Source: Bacteroidota bacterium (lineage in GTDB: Bacteria > Bacteroidota > Ignavibacteria > UBA10030). Taken from it: DNA of 64,000 nt. Of this stretch, positions 39,576 to 49,328 are shown piece by piece. The position numbers were made by a program, and so were the translations under genes. The notes under the pieces are model-generated. The model did not search any database and was not told the DNA's origin. It worked only from the letters and a program-made list of their open reading frames with translations. Numbering within the stretch: the stretch's first letter is position 1; each line of letters starts with the position of its first letter. The stretch spans positions 27,468 through 91,467 of the forward strand of contig JAOAFT010000007.1 of the NCBI GenBank assembly GCA_026416125.1. The letters run 5' to 3'.

Positions 39576-39670
39576 TGTCCTCAACAGTGCTATTAGACGC
39601 ATAAATTGATTTTCCTTCTAATTCAAGCTATATTGATTTTTAAGTGTGATTTTTAAATAAAGGAGTATTT

Positions 39671-40012
39671 ATGTTGAAAGGTGGTTTACCAAATATGCAG
39701 CAGCTCATGAAACAAATTCAGAAAATGCAAGAGCAAATGGAAAAAGTTCAAGCGGAATTAGAGAACACAACCATAACTGCCGATGCTGGTGGAGGTATGG
39801 TACGAGTCACTGCAAATGGAAAACAACAGATTATTAAAGTGGAAATTGAGAAAGAAGTTATCAATCCGGATGATAAGGAAATGCTTGAAGATCTTGTGAC
39901 TGCAGCTGTAAACCAGGCACTCGAAAAAGCTGCGTCTCTTGCACAAACAGAGATGCAAAAAATTACCGGTGGTTTACCCAATATTCCTGGATTAAAAATA
40001 CCAGGATTGTAA
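39671..40012 (+). CDS. ybaB: YbaB/EbfC nucleoid-associated protein
   Basis: MKQIQKMQ, AGGGMVRV, EMLEDLVTAAVNQA; upstream of recR. Confidence 0.94.
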   Translation: MLKGGLPNMQQLMKQIQKMQEQMEKVQAELENTTITADAGGGMVRVTANGKQQIIKVEIEKEVINPDDKEMLEDLVTAAVNQALEKAASLAQTEMQKITGGLPNIPGLKIPGL

Positions 40013-40015
40013 TTT

Positions 40016-40615
40016 ATGGTATTTACAGCAACATCGCTAGAAGAATTAGCTGAACACTTCGCTCAATTACCTGGCATCGGGAGGAAAACGGCTCACCGCT
40101 TGGCATTGTACATCTTAAAAATGCCCCACGAAGAAGTATCAGCTCTAGCAAATGCTTTACTAACTGTTAAGGAAAAAGTACGGTACTGTTCACTTTGTGC
40201 TAATATTACTGAGAATGATCCATGTATTATTTGTTCAGATCCAAAGCGTGACCATTCGCTCATTTGTGTGGTTGAGGAACCAAACGATGTTCTTGCTATT
40301 GAGAAAACGAACGAGTACCATGGGCTTTACCATGTTCTTGGGGGGGTATTATCACCCTTGGATGGCATTGGTCCTGAAGAATTAAAAATTAAGGAACTTT
40401 TGCATCGTGTTAGTACAACACATATTGATGAGGTAATTCTTGCACTGAATCCAAACGTCGAAGGTGAAGCAACAACACTTTATCTTGCGAAATTGTTAAA
40501 GCCATTTGGGATGAAAGTAACACGCATAGCGCGTGGTCTCCCTGTTGGAGCAGATTTAGAGTTCGCTGACGAAGCAACTGTTACCCGTGCACTTGAAGGT
40601 CGAATTGTTATATAG
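40016..40615 (+). CDS. recR: Recombination mediator RecR
   Basis: [14 protein letters not shown]4 zinc finger, ICVVE, YHVLGG, EGEAT. Confidence 0.97.
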   Translation: MVFTATSLEELAEHFAQLPGIGRKTAHRLALYILKMPHEEVSALANALLTVKEKVRYCSLCANITENDPCIICSDPKRDHSLICVVEEPNDVLAIEKTNEYHGLYHVLGGVLSPLDGIGPEELKIKELLHRVSTTHIDEVILALNPNVEGEATTLYLAKLLKPFGMKVTRIARGLPVGADLEFADEATVTRALEGRIVI

Positions 40616-41168
40616 TGTCATTTTTATGCAGGTTATACTGTGGAATTGTTTCCTGCAAGGGTGTGATGTTTTTCAAACGCGTACACCAGAAGAGCCAGAA
40701 GTTAGTAGTGCTTCTTACGTACCAGCAACCGAACCCTCAATTGTATTCCAAAATGTAAGGAATGCATTTACTGAAAAGAACGTAGTAAACTACGGAAAAG
40801 CATTTTCTGATTCGGCTTACACGTTTGTTGCCAGTCCTCAAGCACAATTGCTGTATGGACCAATTTTCCAATCTTGGAACAAAGCAAGTGAAGAGCAGTA
40901 CTTTACAACCGTATGTAATCGATCATCACCTCGGGTTGAATGGCTTTCGGTACAAGAGCAAGCTAGAACCTCGACAACGGTTCAGTACGAAGTTACTTAT
41001 AAGATAGTGGGGTTACCACAGGGCGATGTTGCAGAAGGACGATCACTTTTTACTCTGAAAGTTACACCAACACAACTTTGGGTAATCGAGCGCTGGATCG
41101 ATTATGAGCTCAATGCTAGTAGTAAACAAAGTACATGGAGCACTGTGAAAGCTCTCAATGCACAATGA
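40587..41168 (+). CDS. Hypothetical lipoprotein
   Basis: Lipobox LQGC followed by [11 protein letters not shown]; ends W.IERWID; start uncertain. Confidence 0.6.
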   Translation: MHLKVELLYSVIFMQVILWNCFLQGCDVFQTRTPEEPEVSSASYVPATEPSIVFQNVRNAFTEKNVVNYGKAFSDSAYTFVASPQAQLLYGPIFQSWNKASEEQYFTTVCNRSSPRVEWLSVQEQARTSTTVQYEVTYKIVGLPQGDVAEGRSLFTLKVTPTQLWVIERWIDYELNASSKQSTWSTVKALNAQ

Positions 41169-41686
41169 AATGTATAGAACAACCTTGGTGGATAGTACTG
41201 TGCTTAGTAGGTATCATCACTGGATGTAATCCCTTTGCTCCTGCACTTGATGAGAGCGATGGGGCAAGTACACCGATACTCTCAGATACCCGTACATACG
41301 AAGGTGTTTTTGAGAATATTAAGTATGCATATACGTTCCGCGATACAGTAGTGTATTCACAACTTCTCGATAATGCATTCATTTTTCACTACATGGATTA
41401 CGATCGAGGAGGTGAAGTTATGTGGGGCCGAGAAGAAGAGATGCGTATAACTTACGAACTGTTTCAGCACGTTACGAGACTCGACTTGGTGTGGAATCAG
41501 ATTGTAGCGCTATCAATCGATAGTGCAGCAACCGCAATGAATGTAAGTAGGGGGTTTACATTGACTGTAACCTTTAACCCAAGCGATGTTGTGCGTGTCG
41601 ATGGGTATGCAAATTTATTCCTTACACGACGTTCGAGTGTTGAGCCATGGCGTATAGTCCGATGGAAAGATGAGTCGAACTATTAA
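41165..41686 (+). CDS. Hypothetical lipoprotein
   Basis: Lipobox ITGC-NPFAP; ends WRIVRWKDESNY; ATGA overlap with the previous gene. Confidence 0.65.
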   Translation: MKCIEQPWWIVLCLVGIITGCNPFAPALDESDGASTPILSDTRTYEGVFENIKYAYTFRDTVVYSQLLDNAFIFHYMDYDRGGEVMWGREEEMRITYELFQHVTRLDLVWNQIVALSIDSAATAMNVSRGFTLTVTFNPSDVVRVDGYANLFLTRRSSVEPWRIVRWKDESNY

Positions 41687-41701
41687 TTAAATGAGGTTAC
41701 A

Positions 41702-42541
41702 ATGGAGAAGTTTCAAGTTGCATACCAAGGTGAACCTGGAGCCTTTAGCGAACAGGCAGTACTGCGTTATTTTGGGAATAAAGTAATCCCAGTACCTCAG
41801 CAAACATTTCGGGATGCATTCATTTTTGCTGAACGACATAGGAACGCATATGCAGTAGTACCGATCGAAAACTCAGTGTATGGAAGCATTCATCAAGTGT
41901 ATGACTTACTCTTACGTCACACGCTCTTTATTGTTGGCGAAGTAAAGTTACGTATTGAGCTTCACCTTATGGCACTCAAGGGAGTACGATTTAAGGATGT
42001 AAGAACAATTTATTCACAACCGCAAGCGTTGGGACAATGCGATACATTTTTGAATTCTCTGAAAAATGTGAGAGTTGAGGCATTCCACGATACAGCAGCT
42101 GCAGCAAAACTCATTAGAACTGATCAACGGCGGGATGCTGCAGCTATTGCAAGTGCTTTTGCAGCAAAACAGTATGGGTTAACGATACTTCGAAGGAATG
42201 TGGAAAGCGATCACCAAAATTTTACACGGTTCATAGTCCTTTCAAAGAAACAATCGCTTCCGAAAAACGACGGAAAAACATCTCTTGTCTTTGCTGTTAA
42301 GAATATTCCAGGAGCACTTTTTAAGGCTATTGCTGTATTTGCACTCCGCGACATTAATCTTCTTAAAATTGAATCTCGCCCCTATAGAGGGAAACCATGG
42401 CAATATTTATTTTACCTTGATGTTCAAGGTCGGCCAAATGCAACACCACTGAAGGAAGCACTCAACCACCTTGCGGAAGTGAGCATGTTTGTAAAACTTC
42501 TGGGGAGTTACTTACCATCACAGAGTGACAGAGAGGAGTGA
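41702..42541 (+). CDS. pheA: Prephenate dehydratase
   Basis: VAYQGEPGAFSE, VPIENS, SQPQALGQC, NFTRF, ACT domain with KIESRP. Confidence 0.95.
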   Translation: MEKFQVAYQGEPGAFSEQAVLRYFGNKVIPVPQQTFRDAFIFAERHRNAYAVVPIENSVYGSIHQVYDLLLRHTLFIVGEVKLRIELHLMALKGVRFKDVRTIYSQPQALGQCDTFLNSLKNVRVEAFHDTAAAAKLIRTDQRRDAAAIASAFAAKQYGLTILRRNVESDHQNFTRFIVLSKKQSLPKNDGKTSLVFAVKNIPGALFKAIAVFALRDINLLKIESRPYRGKPWQYLFYLDVQGRPNATPLKEALNHLAEVSMFVKLLGSYLPSQSDREE

Positions 42542-43425
42542 TTTCAATGCAAGTGCTCTATGTACTTCGTGAAGGATTCTCTGGGTTTAAAAGAACGAAA
42601 GTACCAATGATCATTGCAATTGTAACAATAAGCATTTCGCTCCTCCTCCTCAGTTTCTTTGCGATTCTGCTTTTCAATGTTGAAGCGCTCATTGAGGAGA
42701 TACGTAGTAAGGTCGAGTTAGAAACCTTTCTTAGTGAGTATTTATCTGATGAGGAAGTTGTGAAACTAAAAGCACAAATCGAGCGCATCGATGGAGTGAA
42801 GGAAGTTCAGTACATTTCAAAGGAAGATGCCGCACAAATATTTTATGATGAATTTGGAGAAGATATTTACAAAGTGTTGAACTTCAATCCATTACCAGCT
42901 TCCTTCAAGATAAAACTATATAATGAATACAAAACGCTCGAAAAGGTTCAAAGTATCTACTATAAAATCAAGACAATCAAAGGAGTTGACGATGTTATTT
43001 ATCGTAAGAAATTGCTTGAGGTACTCGATCAACAAGCTCGTGGTTATCTGTGGATTCTCTTTGGTATCGGAGTGTTTGTCGCGCTCTCTGCAATACTCCT
43101 TGTAGCAAATACGATACGTCTTACAATCTATGCAAAACGTACAATTATCCAGACAATGAAATTAATAGGAGCAACACGTGGTTTTATTCGTACACCATTT
43201 ATCATCGAAGGTTTATTACAAGGTTTCTGTGGCGGCTTGATTGCAGTAGCTGTTGTGTTTCTCGTTGTTGAAAATCTACAGACATTCCTTACAGTACCAG
43301 TCTTTGATCTCATCAAGGTGAAACCGTACTATTACGTTGTGATTCTTAGCACTGGTTGTTTTCTTGGTGTCTTAGGAAGCCTGATATCGGTTCGGCGATT
43401 TATTAAGACAACGGTGGTACAGTAA
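42538..43425 (+). CDS. ftsX: Cell division permease-like protein FtsX
   Basis: YISKEDA, NPLPASF, NTIRLTIYAKR..IQTMKLIGATRGFIRTPFIIEG. Confidence 0.93.
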   Translation: MISMQVLYVLREGFSGFKRTKVPMIIAIVTISISLLLLSFFAILLFNVEALIEEIRSKVELETFLSEYLSDEEVVKLKAQIERIDGVKEVQYISKEDAAQIFYDEFGEDIYKVLNFNPLPASFKIKLYNEYKTLEKVQSIYYKIKTIKGVDDVIYRKKLLEVLDQQARGYLWILFGIGVFVALSAILLVANTIRLTIYAKRTIIQTMKLIGATRGFIRTPFIIEGLLQGFCGGLIAVAVVFLVVENLQTFLTVPVFDLIKVKPYYYVVILSTGCFLGVLGSLISVRRFIKTTVVQ

Positions 43426-43483
43426 AATATTTTAACACAAAAGATGTATTTAAACTTGTAATAAATCAAATTACTTTTTATAG

Positions 43484-43497
43484 TGAATGACAATTCA
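43484..43497. promoter_or_regulatory. Candidate TetR autoregulatory operator TGAAT-GACA-ATTCA
   Basis: 5-4-5 palindrome 17 bp upstream of the TetR start. Confidence 0.45.
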
Positions 43498-43514
43498 GCT
43501 GTGTAGAGATATCT

Positions 43515-44105
43515 ATGAGAAAGAAAGAAGGAAATAAGGAACAAGCGATACTCAATGCGGCGATACAAGTATTTGCACAGTATGGTTACCATAAAGCAAA
43601 AGTAACAGATATTGCTGAACTTGCTGGCGTAGCAACAGGGAGTGTATATCTCTACTACGAGAACAAGGAAGCACTCCTCACAACAATCTTTGAGCAACTA
43701 TGGCAAGCATACACCGCTGTTCTCCGCGAAACAGTGAAACGAACAGATATCGACCCACTTCAGAAAATCGATGCTATTGTGGATCTCTTTTTTAGCATGT
43801 TTATTTCAAATCCATCTTTAGCACTTGTGTTTGTCAACGAACACCACCAACTAGTGAAGAATAAACGTGGAACTGTTGCTAAGTACTTTGCAGGCTTCCT
43901 TGAACTTGCTGAAGAAATTTATCGTGAAGGAGTACGAAAACACCTTTTTGATGCATCGATAGATGTAAGAATCTTTCGTGACTTTCTTACCGGAGGAATG
44001 CGAAACGTGCTCCGTCAGTGGGCGGATCATGCAACTACAACACCGTTGGATCGTATTCGTGATAATGTGAAACATTTTATCAAGCACGGGCTTATAAAGC
44101 GATAG
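43515..44105 (+). CDS. TetR/AcrR-family regulator (Bacillus FadR/YsiA-like)
   Basis: ILNAAIQVFAQYGYHKAKVTDIAELAGVATGSVYLYYENKEALL. Confidence 0.92.
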   Translation: MRKKEGNKEQAILNAAIQVFAQYGYHKAKVTDIAELAGVATGSVYLYYENKEALLTTIFEQLWQAYTAVLRETVKRTDIDPLQKIDAIVDLFFSMFISNPSLALVFVNEHHQLVKNKRGTVAKYFAGFLELAEEIYREGVRKHLFDASIDVRIFRDFLTGGMRNVLRQWADHATTTPLDRIRDNVKHFIKHGLIKR

Positions 44106-44251
44106 AGAGATGTGATTGAATCACAACTCTACTGTGCATTGAATTGTATCGTTTTTCTATTCTCTACTCCTTTTCGTATATTACAATCTATATTGTTTCA
44201 GTATTGATGGAGTAGCATTCTGTAGGGTTGGAATAATTACTCATTGCAACG

Positions 44252-46669
44252 ATGAGACGGTCTGTTGCGATAATCATTGGAATTTGTTCAGTCCTAGTGA
44301 TAGTTTGTGTTGCAGCCACTATCCTGGCGTTACAGCTTATACGACGTTCTTTCCCAACCGTTGATGGATACGAGCATGTAACTTCAATTAATCAAAGGAT
44401 TAAGATTGCCCGCGATACATATGGAGTACCTCATATCGAAGCAGGTACAGAGTACGATGGTTTTTTCGCTGTAGGATATGTCCATGCTCAAGATAGGCTT
44501 TGGCAAATGGAACTTCAACGGCGGGCAGGAATGGGACGACTCTCAGAGGTCCTAGGTAAAGATGCTCTAGGAATCGATAAAATGTTCAAGACACTCGGTT
44601 TTGCTCGAATTGCTCGTGAGCTCGAATCGGTGCTTGATTCTTCTACGAGGAATGCCCTTCAGGCATATACCAATGGTGTAAATGAATATATTCGCACTCA
44701 TAAAGGAAAGTATCCACTTGAATTTGATATCCTTAGGTATGAACCTGAACCATGGTCCCTCCAACATTCACTTATTATGAGCCGATTGATGGCATGGGAA
44801 TTGAACTATGCACGCTGGGTTGATTTAACGTGTGCAGCACTTGTTGCTCGAGTTGGATACGACATGGCAAGTGAAGCGTTTCCGTACTGGGAACCGACGG
44901 CACCATTCATTCTACAGCAGCATAAGCTATCAAATGCGACTATATCTCAGCTTAAATCGTTTTTTGATGGTGACGTTAGGTATCGAAGTCTTTGGGGAGG
45001 AGTATCGATTGCTGTTGGAAGTAATGCCTGGGTTATCGCAGGTTCGAAAAGTACTACAGGGAAACCAATTCTTGCGAATGATCCACATCTGTTGCTTATG
45101 GTGCCAGCACGGTGGTACGAGCTTCACCTAACCACACCACATCTCGATGTTGCAGGAATGACAATCCCTGGTGTCCCCTTTGTTATAATTGGAAGAAATA
45201 GAAGTATTGCATGGGGAGTAACCAATGCAATGCTCGACGATGCTGACTTTTATATTGAAGAAGTTGATACAATACCATATCCTAGAAAGTATCGTACAGG
45301 GACTGGATGGGCACCATTGATTGTACAGGAGGATACAATTTTCATTAAAGATGATGTACCGCATGTTTTCACAATACTTAAGACAGAGAGGGGACCTATT
45401 ATTAACAACTATGAACCAGGTGCAAAATTTTTCAATGAGTTAATTTCACTCCGATGGACAGGGTTTGAACGGACAAATGAACCAGGGGCGTTTTATCGCT
45501 TGAATAAAGCTACTACTTGGAGTGAGTTCACGAGTGCTTTACAGTCATTTGGAGTGCCAGCACAAAATTTTGTATATGCTGATACTGTAGGAAATATTGG
45601 ATACATCATGGCTGGTGCAATTCCACTTCGAACTTACCGTGGTGTTACACTACCGTCGAATGGGTGGGAAGCTCAGAATCAATGGAAAGGTATAGTCTCT
45701 TTTGAACACAATCCACGCCTCTTCAATCCACGAGATGGGTTGATTATTACAGCGAACAATAAAATTGTAGGTGATGAATACCCATACTACCTTTCGAGTC
45801 ACTGGGAACCTCCATGGCGTTCGAAACGAATCTGGAAGTGTATATCTCTGGAAGAGAAAATATCACCAGAAACCGTGGAACGTATACAAAATGATGTTTA
45901 TTCATTACAAGCAGAGGAGTATGTTCCCATAATTCTTCAGGCATTCGACACTGTTACAGTACACAATCGTAGTCTGAAACTGGTGCTTGAGTATTTTCGA
46001 AGTTGGAACTACGAAACACGGAAAGAAGATGTTGCAACTACTCTCTTCGAGGTAACTCATTACTTCCTCTTACGGAATACGTTCGCTGATGAAATGGGTG
46101 AAGAACTCTTCCAGCTCTACCTTACATTGGCAAGTACACCACTGACAGCCATCCAACGTGTCTTGGGAAATCCACAGTCACGTTGGTTCGACGATTGTAC
46201 AACTTCAACAATAGAAACGAGGGACGATATTGTACGGAAGAGTGTAGGTGATGCACTTGCATTTTTAGAAAGCAAACTTGGTGGTGAAGTAAAAGAGTGG
46301 CAATGGGGGCGAATACATACCATTACGTTCAATCATATCTTCTCTGTTCATTCGCTGTTAGCTCGTGTGTTTAATATTGGCGCATTTGAAGTTGGGGGTA
46401 CACACTCGACTATCAATGTTGGATACTACACATTAACGAACCCATTTGCCTGTTCCGTTGGTCCATCTATGCGTCAGATAATAAATCTTGCAGATGTGAA
46501 TGATACCCGTGTTGTTCTTCCGCCAGGTGAATCCGGACAAGTATTCCATCCACACTACAGTGATCAAGTACACCTCTGGTTGAATGGAGTGTATCGCCGA
46601 CGGTGGATGGATCGGGAAATATCAACTCGAGAATGTATTCACACACTCATATTGGAGCCTAATAAATGA
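44252..46669 (+). CDS. Penicillin acylase family (Ntn-hydrolase, S45) protein
   Basis: RDTYGVPHI, HAQDRLWQME, GSNAW nucleophile, ANDPHL, WYE, TANN, PGESG. Confidence 0.93.
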   Translation: MRRSVAIIIGICSVLVIVCVAATILALQLIRRSFPTVDGYEHVTSINQRIKIARDTYGVPHIEAGTEYDGFFAVGYVHAQDRLWQMELQRRAGMGRLSEVLGKDALGIDKMFKTLGFARIARELESVLDSSTRNALQAYTNGVNEYIRTHKGKYPLEFDILRYEPEPWSLQHSLIMSRLMAWELNYARWVDLTCAALVARVGYDMASEAFPYWEPTAPFILQQHKLSNATISQLKSFFDGDVRYRSLWGGVSIAVGSNAWVIAGSKSTTGKPILANDPHLLLMVPARWYELHLTTPHLDVAGMTIPGVPFVIIGRNRSIAWGVTNAMLDDADFYIEEVDTIPYPRKYRTGTGWAPLIVQEDTIFIKDDVPHVFTILKTERGPIINNYEPGAKFFNELISLRWTGFERTNEPGAFYRLNKATTWSEFTSALQSFGVPAQNFVYADTVGNIGYIMAGAIPLRTYRGVTLPSNGWEAQNQWKGIVSFEHNPRLFNPRDGLIITANNKIVGDEYPYYLSSHWEPPWRSKRIWKCISLEEKISPETVERIQNDVYSLQAEEYVPIILQAFDTVTVHNRSLKLVLEYFRSWNYETRKEDVATTLFEVTHYFLLRNTFADEMGEELFQLYLTLASTPLTAIQRVLGNPQSRWFDDCTTSTIETRDDIVRKSVGDALAFLESKLGGEVKEWQWGRIHTITFNHIFSVHSLLARVFNIGAFEVGGTHSTINVGYYTLTNPFACSVGPSMRQIINLADVNDTRVVLPPGESGQVFHPHYSDQVHLWLNGVYRRRWMDREISTRECIHTLILEPNK

Positions 46670-47406
46670 AAATATCACCTACGTTGAATGAAAAACTTGC
46701 TACGGTCCAGCGTGTTTGTATTTTAACAGGTGCTGGTGTATCGGCAGAAAGTGGCGTTCCAACATTTCGCGGTGAGGATGGCCTCTGGTCAAAATTAAAA
46801 CCTGAAGAATTAGCAAGTTTTGAAGGGTTTATGAAAAATCCACGGAATGTATGGGCATGGTACAACCATCGAAAAGAAATTATGCATTCCGTAGAACCGA
46901 ATGCGGCTCACTACGCACTTGCTACCATGGAATCCTTCTATTCCGAGTTCACCCTTGTAACTCAGAATATAGATAACCTTCATCAGCGAGCTGGAAGTAA
47001 GCATGTGCTTGAACTCCACGGTAATATTGAACGGAGTTACTGCATGGAGTGTGGAAAGTATTTCACAGATATTACAGTTACAGAAGAGGCTTCTGTTCCA
47101 CGGTGTTCTTGCGGAGGCCTGGTACGACCAGATGTTGTATGGTTTGGTGAAAATTTACCTGAATATGAGTACAAAGAAGCAATACGTGCAGCAAGCAACT
47201 GTGAATTATTCTTCAGCGTTGGAACCTCAGCAGTTGTGTATCCTGCAGCATGGCTTCCACACGTTGCAAAGCAGCATGGTGCATACCTCGTTGAGATAAA
47301 CATGGAGCGTACTGAATTGTCCCAATATGTGGATGAGTTGCTCCTTGGAAAAGCAGGAGAAATTTTACCATACGTAGTTGAATGTATTAAGAAAGTACGG
47401 AGTTAA
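46666..47406 (+). CDS. cobB: NAD-dependent protein deacylase (sirtuin)
   Basis: GAGVSAESGVPTFRG, TQNIDNLH, LHGN, RPDVVWFGE, GTSAVVYPA. Confidence 0.95.
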   Translation: MKISPTLNEKLATVQRVCILTGAGVSAESGVPTFRGEDGLWSKLKPEELASFEGFMKNPRNVWAWYNHRKEIMHSVEPNAAHYALATMESFYSEFTLVTQNIDNLHQRAGSKHVLELHGNIERSYCMECGKYFTDITVTEEASVPRCSCGGLVRPDVVWFGENLPEYEYKEAIRAASNCELFFSVGTSAVVYPAAWLPHVAKQHGAYLVEINMERTELSQYVDELLLGKAGEILPYVVECIKKVRS

Positions 47407-47409
47407 TCA

Positions 47410-48846
47410 ATGGCAACGAAAAATAGAAGTGGACGAACAAAAATAATTTGTACGATTGGTCCTTCAACAGAAGCAATAGATCAAATTGTCCAACTTATTG
47501 ATGCAGGCATGGATGTTGCACGATTAAATTTTTCACATGGTACACACGATCTCCACGAGAAAATGATTAAAAATGTTCGTGAGGCTAGCAAACAACGAAA
47601 TGAACACATTGCATTATTGCAGGATCTCTGTGGACCTAAGATACGAACAGGGAGACTGAAAAAATCGCCAATTACTCTGACACCGAACTCAGAAATTACT
47701 TTCACAATCGAAGATATCCTTGGCGATGAGAATTGCCTCACAACAACTTATAAACAACTCCCGCACGATGTACAAGCAGGTGATGTCATTCTCCTTGACG
47801 ATGGGAAATTACGTGTTGAGGTCATTTCTACAACGATGACAGAAGTACGGTGTCGTGTACGTGTTGGAGGTCTACTTGGTGAGAACAAAGGGATGAACCT
47901 TCCGGGTGTTAAACTGAGCACACCATCACTAACGGAGAAGGACCTTGAAGATCTCGAGTTTGGTGTCCAGCACGGGATTGATTACGTAGCGCTTTCGTTT
48001 GTACGTTCTGCTGATGATATACGACTACTACGAGCACATTTACAGAAGATTGCTGAATACTATATACCAATCATTGCGAAAATTGAGATGCGCGAGGCTA
48101 TTCTCGCAATCGATGAAATCATCGCTGAGTCGGACGCAATCATGGTTGCCCGAGGTGATCTTGGTGTTGAAATGCCAGCAGAAGAAGTGCCAATGTTACA
48201 GAAAATGATTGTTCGGAAGTGTAATGAGCAAGGGAAACCGGTTATTATTGCAACTCAAATGCTCGAAACAATGATCGAAAATCCCCGCCCAACACGTGCA
48301 GAAGCGAGTGATATTGCAAATGCTGTTCTTGATGGTGCTGATGCTGTAATGCTCAGTGGAGAAACGTCTGTAGGGAAATATCCTATTGAGGCAGTCCGGA
48401 TGATGGATACCATTATTCGGACAACAGAGGAGTATATTTTTACAAAACGGAAGGAATATCGGTGCAGTTTAAATACAGGAAATGTACTCGATGCTATTGC
48501 ACAATCTGCATGTTTGCTTGCCGAACACGTCAATGCCGCGGCTATTATACCAATTACCCATTCAGGAGGAACTGCACGTCGGATTAGCAGATTTCGTCCT
48601 TCATCTAAGATTATTGCTGTAACAGGTGAAACACGTGTTTTACGGAGGCTCAATTTGGTGTGGGGTGTTCAGGGAATTGTTATTTCTGATTACATTGGGA
48701 ATGCAGATGCAACACTTCAACGAGTAAAAGAGCAATTGAAAGCTCAAGGGTTTATTAAAAGCGGAGATTACATCGTTTTCACAATGGGTATTCCACTCAT
48801 GGCACGTGGGATGACCGATACTATAAATGTAGAACGTGTCGAGTAA
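47410..48846 (+). CDS. pyk: Pyruvate kinase
   Basis: TKIICTIGP, RLNFSHG, AKIE, MVARGDLGVE, ATQML, DAVMLSGET. Confidence 0.98.
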   Translation: MATKNRSGRTKIICTIGPSTEAIDQIVQLIDAGMDVARLNFSHGTHDLHEKMIKNVREASKQRNEHIALLQDLCGPKIRTGRLKKSPITLTPNSEITFTIEDILGDENCLTTTYKQLPHDVQAGDVILLDDGKLRVEVISTTMTEVRCRVRVGGLLGENKGMNLPGVKLSTPSLTEKDLEDLEFGVQHGIDYVALSFVRSADDIRLLRAHLQKIAEYYIPIIAKIEMREAILAIDEIIAESDAIMVARGDLGVEMPAEEVPMLQKMIVRKCNEQGKPVIIATQMLETMIENPRPTRAEASDIANAVLDGADAVMLSGETSVGKYPIEAVRMMDTIIRTTEEYIFTKRKEYRCSLNTGNVLDAIAQSACLLAEHVNAAAIIPITHSGGTARRISRFRPSSKIIAVTGETRVLRRLNLVWGVQGIVISDYIGNADATLQRVKEQLKAQGFIKSGDYIVFTMGIPLMARGMTDTINVERVE

Positions 48847-49328
48847 AATACGATTACTTTACGATAGTAAACAATCTGTCAATTTACTCTTATGGTGTCG
48901 TTTAAAATCGATACAGCTTTCTATGAAGGATAGTTGTGTTGCAATAATTATATTCATGAAACTATAAGTCTGATCGTCAGTCCACCACCAGAACTCGTGA
49001 ATCAGATGTTCGTTAGTTGATTAAAGAAAGAATTCCTGTGACTTCACTGATTCACACCAGCTTCACAAAATACTTTCTTTATTGGTGTTTACCACTAGAG
49101 AATAAAATTATAAGCATGCTGGTCAATCTTTACTTACCAGTTCAATTTTATTTTTCATGGATTATAGGGTAATGGATTAAAAACGTTCTTCAATACACAG
49201 TGGATTCTATAATTCATGTGTTCTTTACAGGGACTTTTTTTATATATTCTTGTAGACTAGAATTATCTCCTGTGGGATTAGAGAGAAGCTCATTTCGGCA
49301 AGGCAACAAAGTGGAGGCTATGGATTGA

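Noticed and set aside
44107-44130. TGTGATT-G-AATCACA palindrome after tetR resembling a CRP site
   Set aside because: Spacing does not fit TGTGA-N6-TCACA; more likely a 3' hairpin; function unsupported
49313-49328. GGAGG-ATG-GAT-TGA mini-ORF in frame with the solute-binding protein
   Set aside because: SD-to-ATG spacing is only 2 nt; the SD fits GTG 49329 better
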